From the IMG/VR virus record IMGVR_UViG_3300027653_000003, positions 1 to 39,927 of that record: a DNA stretch of 39,927 bases. One strand, 5' to 3'. The DNA is from a virus. Taxonomy: Duplodnaviria; Caudoviricetes. The notes under the pieces were generated by a model. The model did not search any database and was not told where the DNA came from. It saw nothing but the letters and a program-made list of their open reading frames with translations. The translations under genes and the position numbers were made by a program. How positions within the stretch are numbered: the stretch's first letter is position 1; the number at the start of each line of letters is the position of its first letter. Positions 1 through 8,784 of the stretch are shown here, piece after piece.

Positions 1-127
1 TCCGTGCCGATATGTCAGAGTCCTCCAAATGCCCCCATTTTAGATGCGTTTTATGCAGGTTGCCCAAGAATCCCCATTATGGTAACGTGTAGACCAAAGG
101 ACAACAAACGCCCGTTCGGGCGAACAA
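1..127. repeat. Terminal overlap identical to 39801-39927 (circular contig)
   Basis: TCCGTGCCGATATG...GGGCGAACAA is present at both ends; 127 bp matches a common assembler k-mer. Confidence 0.95.
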
Positions 128-223
128 GGAAAGGGCCAGAAGGGGGCGGTCTTGTAGTGCTGGTTGAACGTTATGTAGCCATTTGTAACGCCTGCGATTA
201 TCCTAGCGTATATCACATTCGCC

Positions 224-709
224 CTAGGTTTTGTGGATACTGTGCCCGTCCGGTGGAATCTCCAACGACTCTAGCTCGCCAGGATCGAGGCTCCAGAATG
301 TCCTTTCGCCACACAGCCCGCAGTATATCGCCTCGGGGGGATTGGGGTGCCGAGCCGAAGTGGTGCAGAAGTTATATAGAGGGAAGGCGCACATGAAGCA
401 ATAGCGCACACCCTCATCGAAACCTTTGGCCCCGCAGTTTGGGCACCGGGTCGCCTGCCCACCCTCGCGAACCTCAATGGTACCACTCCCAACCGCGAGG
501 GGGCGATCCGGGTCCCAAAACTGCTCTTCACTGACACCGAACTCCTCCAAGATGCGCTTTAGCCTCCCTTCATCTATACCCGAAGCACCTGTCTCCCACC
601 TGGAAACCTGTATTCTCGTGACACCAACCCTCTCCGCAAAATCCGTTTGATTCAGACCAGAGCACCGCCTAAGCTCGGCCATCCTCTTTGCAAATAGCCC
701 TATATCCAT
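224..709 (-). CDS. CI-like XRE HTH repressor with C-terminal double zinc ribbon
   Basis: N-terminal LRRCSGLNQTDFAERVGVTRIQVSRWETG HTH; CPNC, CFMC and CGLC motifs; divergent from a cro-like gene. Confidence 0.85.
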   Translation of the reverse strand: MDIGLFAKRMAELRRCSGLNQTDFAERVGVTRIQVSRWETGASGIDEGRLKRILEEFGVSEEQFWDPDRPLAVGSGTIEVREGGQATRCPNCGAKGFDEGVRYCFMCAFPLYNFCTTSARHPNPPEAIYCGLCGERTFWSLDPGELESLEIPPDGHSIHKT

Positions 710-733
710 AGTAAGACCACCTCCCTACCTCCC

Positions 734-896
734 TGTAACAATGTAAGCCAAAAATGCTACATGCACAATACTCGCACAATGTTACAGTGTCGCCGCCAAT
801 TTGTAGCGTACGGGGAGGAGTGCGTTACAACCCCGCTAATATAAGTAGCATTGGATGCAACATGGTGTTGACATATGTTACATAGCATGTTACAAT
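734..896. promoter_or_regulatory. Lysis/lysogeny switch region: rightward promoter and TGTTACA-type operator repeats
   Basis: TTGACA 868-873, 17 bp spacer, TACAAT 891-896; ATGTTACA at 875-882 and 887-894 and near 779, TGTAACA at 734, GCGTTACA at 822. Confidence 0.8.
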
Positions 897-918
897 AGCT
901 TTGGTTGGAGGTGACAAC

Positions 919-1539
919 GTGGCCGAAAAAAACATGAAACATTGCAGGCAAGACGTAGTTTATGCAGTTGACCTCTCGAAACGCCGACACGAGGCGGGGC
1001 TCACCCAAGAGGGCCTTGGTGAATTGCTGGGCGTGGGCCGGCTCCAGGTGTACCGGTATGAAAATGGTCACCACAGCATCCCGTTCGAGAGGGCGCTGCG
1101 GTGTGCTAAGGAGTTCGGCGGGCTGAGAGTCAGCTTTGGCGACGGGGAATTCCTGCTTAGGCCAGAGGCCCATTCGGCATCAGATGGTGCCGAATGCGAG
1201 GTCGAAGAAGCTTCGGGGAACTGGACAAGCAATGCCGTCAACAGTGCCCAACAGGCCCGTGAATTGATGGAGTGGGCAGAGAAACTTGGGCAGCATCTAC
1301 ACGCCATCGATTCAGGAGAGGGTGCAGATGCCTACCTCATTAGAGGTTACAAGGAGGCAAGAGAGGCTGAGCTTGCCATTAGGGATTTGCTTAATGAGGG
1401 GGATAGGAGGCATCCACACCTGGTTCAGCACGGCATTGAAATGGCCCGCAGGGTAGCGGCTGCTCGCAGGTCGGGAGAGTGTCAGTTTGAGGTCATGGAG
1501 GGCTATATAGCCTCTCTTGGAACAAAACAACCAGCATAG
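919..1539 (+). CDS. Cro-like XRE HTH regulator with long C-terminal domain
   Basis: RHEAGLTQEGLGELLGVGRLQVYRYENG HTH; GGAGG before GTG 919. Confidence 0.8.
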   Translation: MAEKNMKHCRQDVVYAVDLSKRRHEAGLTQEGLGELLGVGRLQVYRYENGHHSIPFERALRCAKEFGGLRVSFGDGEFLLRPEAHSASDGAECEVEEASGNWTSNAVNSAQQARELMEWAEKLGQHLHAIDSGEGADAYLIRGYKEAREAELAIRDLLNEGDRRHPHLVQHGIEMARRVAAARRSGECQFEVMEGYIASLGTKQPA

Positions 1540-1551
1540 GAGGCGGTTAGC

Positions 1552-2088
1552 GTGAGGCAGGCGGCAGCACCACGGATTATCTACACACCAGCACGGAACG
1601 CACGGTTCGTCGGCCAGGTCGACGCAGTGACGCTGGCAAAGCGCATGGACAGGCACCACAGGCTCCAGCTCAATCAGGATCAGGTGCTTTGGGAGGAGGC
1701 CCGCCGCATTGCCGATTACGGCGACATCGTTCGGCTGTGCGTGGACACGCTCCACGGCGCAGAGCTTTACCGGGTGCACGTGTACGGCACTACCCACGGC
1801 GGCTATCCGTCACTGGTTGTCACTGTAGCGGTACGCATCGACGGCGTGTGGAGCCTGATTGATAACCAGATTGTGGCGCGCGGCATCGGCATGGATCTGC
1901 TCTACGAGGTGTGTCGTGATGAGGTGGGCAGTGAGCTGGTCGGCATGGACCTGGACGGGCTAGAGCGGTCGCGGTTGCGTGACGAGTTGACGGAGAAGGC
2001 ACTGCAGGATGTCATCGACTGCCACATCACGCCGGAGTTGGCGGCAGAACGGGCTGTGGATGATCTACTATACGAGGAGGTTTGCTGA
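1552..2088 (+). CDS. Hypothetical protein
   Basis: AGGAGG RBS; operon context. Confidence 0.7.
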   Translation: MRQAAAPRIIYTPARNARFVGQVDAVTLAKRMDRHHRLQLNQDQVLWEEARRIADYGDIVRLCVDTLHGAELYRVHVYGTTHGGYPSLVVTVAVRIDGVWSLIDNQIVARGIGMDLLYEVCRDEVGSELVGMDLDGLERSRLRDELTEKALQDVIDCHITPELAAERAVDDLLYEEVC

Positions 2089-2089
2089 T

Positions 2090-2380
2090 ATGCGGATCAG
2101 GTTGTCAGGCAAGGGAATGGAGGCACGGGTTCGGGACGGCGGGTTGCAGGTGACGGTTAGCGAGGACACGTTGTGTGAGGCGATCGAGAGAGCATACGGG
2201 CTACCGGAAGGTGCATGTCTGGAGAGCATCTTCGGCACCGAGGGACAGGAGATCATGCTCCAACTGGTGCGATACGCAGTCGTCGACGCCATCGACGAGC
2301 AATTGCGGGACGTTTCGATCAAGACGATTCGGCGCTACGAAAGAGCAAACGCCGCAGCGGGTGCGACCGCAACGGCGTAG
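2090..2380 (+). CDS. Hypothetical protein
   Basis: GAGGAGG RBS, ATG 2090 (MRIRLSGKG...). Confidence 0.65.
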   Translation: MRIRLSGKGMEARVRDGGLQVTVSEDTLCEAIERAYGLPEGACLESIFGTEGQEIMLQLVRYAVVDAIDEQLRDVSIKTIRRYERANAAAGATATA

Positions 2381-2467
2381 AGAGCGGGAAATCCGCTCAG
2401 GGCATGTCTGACAGACCAGACTGGCTCCTCCATCATAGCAAATCGGGAGGAGCCCCACAAGGGGGAT

Positions 2468-3055
2468 TTGAGGATGACATTGCAACTGGACACGGTACAC
2501 ACCGATTACCTCGATTACCTGGACGCTCAGATCGAGGACCAGGAAGAAAACAAGCCTTTCGAAATCGACTCCGACAACAAGGCCGAGTGGGCGCTTCGCA
2601 AGGTATCCGAAGCACAGCGACGCATGGCTGCACGGGAGGAATTTGTCGCCCGGGAGATCGACCGACTCAACGCATGGCGGGAAGCCGAAGACAAGCGAGA
2701 CCAGGGCACCGTCGACTACATGGAAAGCTTGCTCTATGCCTACTACGAGACGCTACGGGCTACCGGGGCACTCGGACGACGCAAGGTGTACAAGCTGCCG
2801 TCGGGCGAGATCACCACACGCACTACACAGCCGAAATACAAGCGGGATGACAGTAAGCTACTGCAATATGCTCGGGAGATCGGCGAGGTACGTGTCAAAG
2901 AGGAGCCCGACTGGAGCGCCATTCGTGGCCGTATTAGGCCTGTAGCCGAGCATCCAGGTGCTGAGGTTGTGGACACGGAGACGGGCGAGATCATACCCGG
3001 CGTATTGGTGGAGCTTCCGGCAGGCGAGCGGTTTAGCGTGAAGGTGGTGGAGTAG
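2468..3055 (+). CDS. Mu Gam-like host-nuclease inhibitor family protein
   Basis: FEIDSDNKAEWALRK, coiled coil, KLPSGEI, VKEEPDW and VVDTETGEIIPGV motifs. Confidence 0.75.
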   Translation: MRMTLQLDTVHTDYLDYLDAQIEDQEENKPFEIDSDNKAEWALRKVSEAQRRMAAREEFVAREIDRLNAWREAEDKRDQGTVDYMESLLYAYYETLRATGALGRRKVYKLPSGEITTRTTQPKYKRDDSKLLQYAREIGEVRVKEEPDWSAIRGRIRPVAEHPGAEVVDTETGEIIPGVLVELPAGERFSVKVVE

Positions 3056-4057
3056 ATGGCATTCGTATTCCAGCGAGCAAGCAAGGCACAACGCAAGGCC
3101 CGGATAGGCCTCGTCGGACCTAGCGGCGCAGGCAAGACGTACACGGCTCTTACGATCGCCGAAGGCCTCGGTGGCCGAATCACCTTGATCGACACCGAGA
3201 ACCGTAGCGCTAGTCTCTATGCGGATCGATTCACGTTCGACACGCTACAGCTCGACACGTTCGCACCGGCAACGTATGTCGCCGCAATCAAAGCCGCTGA
3301 GGACGCGGGGTACGACGTAATTATCGTTGACTCACTCTCTCACGCCTGGATGGGCAAGGGCGGCGCACTGGAGCAGGTAGATAAGGCCGCAGCTCGGAGT
3401 CGTAGCGGTAACACGTTCGCAGCATGGCGAGAGGTCACGCCAATGCATAATGAGCTGGTGGATGCTCTCATCCGCTGCAAAACCCACATCATCGTTACCA
3501 TGCGAGCCAAAACAGAGTACGTCATCGAGCAAGTGACGCGTAATGGGCGCACAGTGAACGAACCTCGCAAGATCGGCACGGCACCTGTTCAGCGGGATGG
3601 TCTGGAGTATGAATTCGACATCGTCGCCGATATGGATTGGGAACATCGGCTTATCGTCAGCAAAACGCGCTTCGACGCATTGGCGGGCGAGGTCGTCACC
3701 AAGCCGACGCGGGAACTTGGTGAGAAAATTGCTGCATGGCTATCCGACGGAGAGCCGCCAGCGCCGGAGACCAAGGAATCGCCTGCATCAACACAACCTC
3801 GACCGCAAGAGCCGCCTAAGCCGCAGGCACAGCACAATGGTAACGGCCAATCGCAACAGCAAGACGGGGCGTGGCAAATGAGCACGGCGCAACGGCGGCG
3901 GTTGTTCGCTATCGCTAACGGTGCAGGGGTCGATGCAGACGGCGTACGGTCACTCGTCCAAAGCGTCAGCGGGCAGGAGAGCACGGCGGCGCTCACACGT
4001 GAGCAGTACGACACGATATGCGAGATGTTGCAGGCGCAGGGGCAGGCATCGGCCTAG
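3056..4057 (+). CDS. AAA ATPase, Sak4/AAA_24-like recombination protein
   Basis: Walker A GPSGAGKT, IDTE, IIVDSLSHAW, QRDGLEYEFD. Confidence 0.85.
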   Translation: MAFVFQRASKAQRKARIGLVGPSGAGKTYTALTIAEGLGGRITLIDTENRSASLYADRFTFDTLQLDTFAPATYVAAIKAAEDAGYDVIIVDSLSHAWMGKGGALEQVDKAAARSRSGNTFAAWREVTPMHNELVDALIRCKTHIIVTMRAKTEYVIEQVTRNGRTVNEPRKIGTAPVQRDGLEYEFDIVADMDWEHRLIVSKTRFDALAGEVVTKPTRELGEKIAAWLSDGEPPAPETKESPASTQPRPQEPPKPQAQHNGNGQSQQQDGAWQMSTAQRRRLFAIANGAGVDADGVRSLVQSVSGQESTAALTREQYDTICEMLQAQGQASA

Positions 4058-4416
4058 CCCCTGTAACGGCAGACTGGCGGCCACCTGTCGTAAACAACGC
4101 CGCCACCAACGCCCGGCTCCGGCGGGCAGTAACGGCCACCCAAACAACAGTGGACAATCCAGCGGGCACCGGAGGCCCGCACATGGCGGCAGTGGTCAGC
4201 ACAGAGTCCGTGCAACTCGGACAGCCGCCACCAGCCCCGTTACTCTACTGGACATGGGGTAACAAATCCAGGGGCAGGGATGACACCCATCCACGTTGCT
4301 AACGTACCGTCGCCAACGTACCGTCGCAAAGCCCAGCCGCGTGTAGTGACGGCTGGCAGGGGCCTATATGTAGCGTGCGCCCGGTGCGGGATGGCGCTCC
4401 TGCACCGGGCTACATA
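4057..4416 (+). ncRNA. Putative large structured non-coding RNA element
   Basis: Gene-free stretch with many complementary blocks: GCCCCTG/CAGGGGC, two TGGCGGC/GCCGCCA, GTAACGG/CCGTTAC, and a long hairpin ending near 4416. Confidence 0.45.
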
Positions 4417-4433
4417 ACCGGGAGGCGATCAGA

Positions 4434-4595
4434 TTGGCAGACAAAAGGCGCAGACGCAACGGACATCGTGTAGGCAGGCGAGAGGCACACAGGACAACGC
4501 AGAGGCTTGAGCCACAGCGATCTACCGGCAGGCGCTACCTATCGGGCGTAGATGCACGGATAGCCGCCAGGGATGTGCTACGCAGTGGCGCTTAG
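4434..4595 (+). CDS. Small arginine-rich protein (53 aa)
   Basis: GGGAGG RBS then TTG; MADKRRRRNGHRVGRREAHRTT...; translated by hand, absent from the ORF track. Confidence 0.55.
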   Translation: MADKRRRRNGHRVGRREAHRTTQRLEPQRSTGRRYLSGVDARIAARDVLRSGA

Positions 4596-4839
4596 GGCAA
4601 TCCTGACAGCACCCTGCGGCGAGACGTGGCACGAGGAGCGGGTGCTCGCTGGCACGGTCATCGTACGCAGGCCCAGGCCGCTAGGTGACGTGTGCATCGG
4701 GTGCCGGCTACATGGCGTGATGGTACGTGACGGCGTGGAGCACTGTCCAGGCGATGTGTCGAGGCCGGGCGGGATCGAGCCGGGGCCACGGGGCCGCAGC
4801 AAGGTAGCAGGTGTGGACACGCAGGGGGAGCTTTTGTAG
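4573..4839 (+). CDS. Hypothetical protein
   Basis: ORF in the early operon; Cys motifs. Confidence 0.45.
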   Translation: MCYAVALRAILTAPCGETWHEERVLAGTVIVRRPRPLGDVCIGCRLHGVMVRDGVEHCPGDVSRPGGIEPGPRGRSKVAGVDTQGELL

Positions 4840-4851
4840 GGGGCATGGGGT

Positions 4852-5028
4852 GTGCTGATAACAGGCGGGCTTATCGTGGCGGCACTGATCGGTGTGGCTA
4901 CTGCGGCGCTGATAGCCGAGCGGGAGCGCATCGTCAATGCGGTGTGTGAGCTGGAGGCGTTGCGGCGGGACATTGAGGCGATAGAGTGCCGGTGCAACGA
5001 GCGGCAGGTGAGGGAGTGGCTGGGATGA
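4852..5028 (+). CDS. Small membrane-anchored coiled-coil protein (58 aa)
   Basis: MLITGGLIVAALIGVATAALIAERE...; translated by hand; fills the gap between neighbours. Confidence 0.55.
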   Translation: MLITGGLIVAALIGVATAALIAERERIVNAVCELEALRRDIEAIECRCNERQVREWLG

Positions 5029-5042
5029 GGGGGGGACGGGGC

Positions 5043-5246
5043 ATGAAAAGGTATGTGGTTGACGGTGTGATGACGTGGAGGGCTAGGGTCGAGGTTGAGG
5101 TCGAAGCAGAAAATGCAGAAGAGGCCGCTAGGATAGCCGACATGACCGATCTGATAGCCGAAGCGGCGCTTGAAGCCTTTCGAACGGGCACCATTGACGA
5201 CGAGGACGTGGACATTTGGGATGTCAGACCGGTTCCTGAGGGCTAG
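5043..5246 (+). CDS. Hypothetical acidic protein
   Basis: MKRYVVDG...VEVEAENAEEA, a pattern common in small phage proteins. Confidence 0.65.
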   Translation: MKRYVVDGVMTWRARVEVEVEAENAEEAARIADMTDLIAEAALEAFRTGTIDDEDVDIWDVRPVPEG

Positions 5247-5331
5247 TTTTTTCGCCAACGGCGACGTGGGCAGACTGGCCCAGGTTAGGGTATGCGGGGT
5301 TGGGATGATTTATTCGGGAGGTAGTGGGGCT

Positions 5332-5766
5332 TTGGGTGAGTTACGCTGCGCCGAGTGTGAAGTCGAATCTGCATCGCTTGCAATATGGGCGGGCGGTGCC
5401 ATGCTTTGTGCTCACTGCTTGGCTCGGGCTGGTTTTGAAATAGAGGGCGATTACTTTTGGGACATAGTCGATGGCATGAACAGTCGGAGGAGATCGGAAC
5501 GCAGGGACGCCGATCTGTACCGAAAGGCAAAGGTCCCGGATCGTCTTCGCAGGCAAGTGGTCGAAAGGGATGGTTTCAGGTGCAGGTATTGCGCTGTAAC
5601 CGTCAACAGACCAAATCTGGACCACGTTTTACCTGAATCAAAGGGCGGAAAAACCGATCTCCAAAACCTTGTGGTTTCGTGCAAGGGGTGCAATTCGAAG
5701 AAGGGTACACGCGCACCGGATGAAGCAGGAATGACATTGTTGCCAATAGGTACAGCGGAGGGTTAG
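5332..5766 (+). CDS. HNH endonuclease
   Basis: VVERDGFRCRYC...LDHVLPESKGG...NLVVSCKGCNSKK; start could be 5305 or 5332. Confidence 0.9.
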   Translation: MGELRCAECEVESASLAIWAGGAMLCAHCLARAGFEIEGDYFWDIVDGMNSRRRSERRDADLYRKAKVPDRLRRQVVERDGFRCRYCAVTVNRPNLDHVLPESKGGKTDLQNLVVSCKGCNSKKGTRAPDEAGMTLLPIGTAEG

Positions 5767-5768
5767 GC

Positions 5769-6608
5769 GTGTCAGGTGCCCCTAAATCAGAGTTTCTAAA
5801 CGGCATGATCTCGGTGTTTGACCGGGACGACCTGGACAAACACGACAAATTAATCGCCGTGTATCTGATTCGGCGCGGTGCCATTTGGGGTAAAGCAAGT
5901 GTCTTCCAAGGGACCATTGCGAAGGAAACTGGGGTCAGTGTTGCAACCGTAAAGCGATCACTCAACCGGATGCAAGAAATAGGGTTTCTGAGGGTTGACG
6001 GATCGATCGGACAGCGAAGCAAATACACGCTCATTTTGGATGCTGACCTAGCTCACACAGAGCTGGGGGTAGCTCAGGCAGAGCCGCCAGAACAGGAGTT
6101 TGCCCAGCTCACACAGAGCGAGGGGGTAGCTCACACAGAGCTAGGGGTAGCTCAGGGGGAGCTAGGGGGTAGCTCACACAGAGCTACGGTACCTAAAGAC
6201 AAAGCTAAATACAAAGTTAAAGACAAAGAGAAACAGAACGGCCAACCCGCGACACCCGACCTCTCATCTGCCCTTTCCGCACTCTCTGAACTTGACAGCG
6301 AATCCGATTCGGTGGAGGCGCTTGTTCGCATGTACAACATGCTCGACCCGCCAGACAGCAATAACTTCACAAGGTTCACATCAGCTCGCTACAGAGAAAT
6401 GAATGCGGCGCTGAACGCCGGCGCCACGTATGAGCAGATTGCCGAAACAATTCGCGACATAGCGGCTACGTCCGAAGGGCCGTGGGAGGTTCGCAAGGAG
6501 GCTGTAAAACGTGCAAAAGGAGAGTTTCCAGGAACTCATAGCAAGGCGGAAGCGAGAGAAGCAGGAGGCTATCATCCGGGCAGTCGCTACAGCGGGTTCT
6601 TTAGCTAA
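5769..6608 (+). CDS. Phage replication initiator (HTH, lambda O-like organisation)
   Basis: N-terminal HTH TIAKETGVSVATVKRSLNRM; internal iterons; followed by a DnaC-like gene. Confidence 0.85.
   Translation: MSGAPKSEFLNGMISVFDRDDLDKHDKLIAVYLIRRGAIWGKASVFQGTIAKETGVSVATVKRSLNRMQEIGFLRVDGSIGQRSKYTLILDADLAHTELGVAQAEPPEQEFAQLTQSEGVAHTELGVAQGELGGSSHRATVPKDKAKYKVKDKEKQNGQPATPDLSSALSALSELDSESDSVEALVRMYNMLDPPDSNNFTRFTSARYREMNAALNAGATYEQIAETIRDIAATSEGPWEVRKEAVKRAKGEFPGTHSKAEAREAGGYHPGSRYSGFFS
6049..6229. repeat. Lytic replication origin: six iterons plus A-rich 12-bp repeats
   Basis: AGCTC-N5-GAGC units at about 6049, 6070, 6105, 6127, 6148 and 6170; then three TAAA(G/T)ACAAAG copies at 6194-6229. 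Confidence 0.85.
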
Positions 6609-7467
6609 TCACTTTGAACCCGTGCTTCGCGAGTTGGGCGAAACCCAGGCACCCGAAGACACGCTGGAAGAGCACCTTGCAGAAGAGTTCGATGGGCTGG
6701 AAAAGGCGATGTTGGCAAAAGAGGTATGCCCTAGTTGCCCAGGGCTTGAACACTGCAAGTTTTCCTCTGGAGAGCGCCCTGTGGTCAAAGACGAATACGG
6801 CCTATGGAACTCAATGGGAGCCGTTTTTATTAGCCGGGAGTCCTGTCACCATGCGGAGCATAAGCGCCGCCTGGAGTCGGTGGAAGCGCAGTGGGACAAC
6901 TCGGGAGTGCCCAAAAGGTTTAGGGGTTGCCGCTTCGGTGGGTTCGAGCGGGTGAGAGGCACAGAGCAGGCGTTTGAGTCCTCCAGGCGATACGCGGAAG
7001 ACTTCGACCACGAAACAACCAAGGGGCTGTACTTCTTGGGCGACGTGGGTTCCGGAAAGACGCACCTTTCTATCAGCGTATTACGCCACATCATTGAGCA
7101 GGGGCATGTCGGAAAGTTCCTCATGGTCCCGCGTTGGCTGGATCGCATCAGGTCATCGTTCAACCGCAAGTATGACGACTCTCCAACAACGGATGAGGTG
7201 GCGAGAGAGTTCTTGCACAGGGGCTTGCTTGTCGTGGATGACATCGGATCAGAGAATCCTTCGGAGTGGGTTCGTGAGCAGATATTCTTGGGTGTCGATG
7301 GGCGGTACACACGTATGCTTCCGACAATCTTCACAAGCAACTTGTCGCCAGAGGAGCTTGAAAGTCGCTTGGGCAAGCGAACGGTTTCCAGAATCATTGA
7401 GATGTGTGACGGTGTACTTGTCAAGGCTGACGACTACCGAAAGCGAAGGCTAGGTGATTCAGCATGA
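6511..7467 (+). CDS. DnaC/IstB-like helicase loader ATPase
   Basis: GDVGSGKTHL, LLVVDDIG, PTIFTSNL, RTVSRI; AAGGAGG before GTG 6511. Confidence 0.9.
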   Translation: MQKESFQELIARRKREKQEAIIRAVATAGSLANHFEPVLRELGETQAPEDTLEEHLAEEFDGLEKAMLAKEVCPSCPGLEHCKFSSGERPVVKDEYGLWNSMGAVFISRESCHHAEHKRRLESVEAQWDNSGVPKRFRGCRFGGFERVRGTEQAFESSRRYAEDFDHETTKGLYFLGDVGSGKTHLSISVLRHIIEQGHVGKFLMVPRWLDRIRSSFNRKYDDSPTTDEVAREFLHRGLLVVDDIGSENPSEWVREQIFLGVDGRYTRMLPTIFTSNLSPEELESRLGKRTVSRIIEMCDGVLVKADDYRKRRLGDSA

Positions 7468-7847
7468 TGCGGTGTAAAGGGGAAGCACTTGACGCCACAG
7501 ACGTTCGGATTGGCAAAAACAGGGGCGACTCCGATCAGCATTGCCGTACATGCAAGCACCGTCGCAACCTGACCAGCTATTGCACGGTTCTATTTGGCGT
7601 CGTTCATCCCGACGACCCCGCTTGCGGCGAATGGGAGTTGCACCCGATGTGGGGCGAGCCGGTGCCAGAGATGCGCCGCCGGGTTATGGGCCTGGTGGTG
7701 GACGAGGGCGTCAGCCAGCGTGCGGCGGCGCGGGTGTTGAGGGTGGCCCACGCTACGGTCAGGCATCACCTGGGCAGAGCGATCGCCGACGGCCTCATCG
7801 AGCGTGTGGGGTTGGGCGTTTACAGACGGAGGGGGAGCGCAGGATGA
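7464..7847 (+). CDS. Cys-rich plus HTH domain protein
   Basis: CRTCKH...C...C, then SQRAAARVLRVAHATVRHHL. Confidence 0.65.
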   Translation: MMRCKGEALDATDVRIGKNRGDSDQHCRTCKHRRNLTSYCTVLFGVVHPDDPACGEWELHPMWGEPVPEMRRRVMGLVVDEGVSQRAAARVLRVAHATVRHHLGRAIADGLIERVGLGVYRRRGSAG

Positions 7848-8542
7848 CGAGACATATCGACGTGCTGGATCATGGCTATGTGCGGCTGGTTGACGTGATG
7901 GGGAGCGACCTAAGCGTGGTCAATGCGGCAAGGGTTTCGTTCGCCAAGGAGTCGGCTGAATTCGACGAGCAGGACGAGCGGCTGATCCGGTTCCTAGCCC
8001 GCGAGGGGCACACATCACCTTTTCGTCACGCAATGGCGACGTTTGAGGCCAAAGCGCCTCTCATGGTCGCTAGGCAGTGGTGGAAATACGTGGTCGGGTC
8101 AGATCACACGATGGAGTCGTGGAACGAGGCCAGCAGGCGCTATGTGACGATGGAACCCGAGCTCTACGTGCCAGAACGCTGGCGCAATGCACCGGAGAGT
8201 CGTAAGCAGGGCAGTGATGGTGCCATTGAGGACGACGAACTCAACAGCGAGGCGACGGCGATACTGCGGCGCATGATTGTCGCAGGCGTGGAGAGTTACG
8301 AAGCGCTAATGGCAGAGGGCATCGCACCGGAGCAGGCGCGGCTGTGCGTACCAGCATACGCCATGTATACGGCGTGGCGCTGGACGGCCTCCCTGCAGTC
8401 GGTGACCCACTTCCTGGCCCAGCGGTTAGCGGACGACTCGCAATGGGAGATACAGCAGTACGCCAGGGCGGTCTATAGGCTGATTGAACCGGAGTTTCCG
8501 GTGTCGATCCGAGCATTGGTCAAGGAGGCAGATGCATCATGA
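7844..8542 (+). CDS. thyX: FAD-dependent thymidylate synthase
   Basis: VLDHGYVRLVD, VNAARVS, HTSPF, NEASRRY, PEQAR, QWEIQQYA. Confidence 0.92.
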   Translation: MTRHIDVLDHGYVRLVDVMGSDLSVVNAARVSFAKESAEFDEQDERLIRFLAREGHTSPFRHAMATFEAKAPLMVARQWWKYVVGSDHTMESWNEASRRYVTMEPELYVPERWRNAPESRKQGSDGAIEDDELNSEATAILRRMIVAGVESYEALMAEGIAPEQARLCVPAYAMYTAWRWTASLQSVTHFLAQRLADDSQWEIQQYARAVYRLIEPEFPVSIRALVKEADAS

Positions 8543-8784
8543 CAGACGACGTGCGGCACCTGATTGCAGAGGCGGTGGCAGAGTGGAGCGAGGCTGAGGC
8601 GGTCGGCGTGAGGGTATGGAGTGCCAAACCCAACAGGTACTCCGCGTATGCAGTCAAGCCGCGGCGCGATGTGGAGCGGGAGGACAGGCCCACGGCGAGG
8701 ATTCTGCGGGTGGACATACAGACGGGGCAAGTGGAGCATTACCGGGACATTTGGCAGCGGGATGAGAGGGGCGTGGGGGCGTGA
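8539..8784 (+). CDS. Hypothetical protein
   Basis: AGGAGG RBS; ATGA coupling to thyX. Confidence 0.7.
   Translation: MTDDVRHLIAEAVAEWSEAEAVGVRVWSAKPNRYSAYAVKPRRDVEREDRPTARILRVDIQTGQVEHYRDIWQRDERGVGA

Noticed and set aside
4-396. 130-aa plus-strand ORF
   Set aside because: No RBS, overlaps cI antisense, and opposes the cI-lipoprotein transcription unit
5332-5766. HNH gene as an intron-borne or IS-associated mobile element
   Set aside because: No interrupted gene, intron core or element ends are visible; it appears free-standing
6049-6186. Palindromic repeats as a CRISPR array
   Set aside because: Spacing is only about 21-35 bp with no unique spacers, inside an initiator gene; iterons fit better
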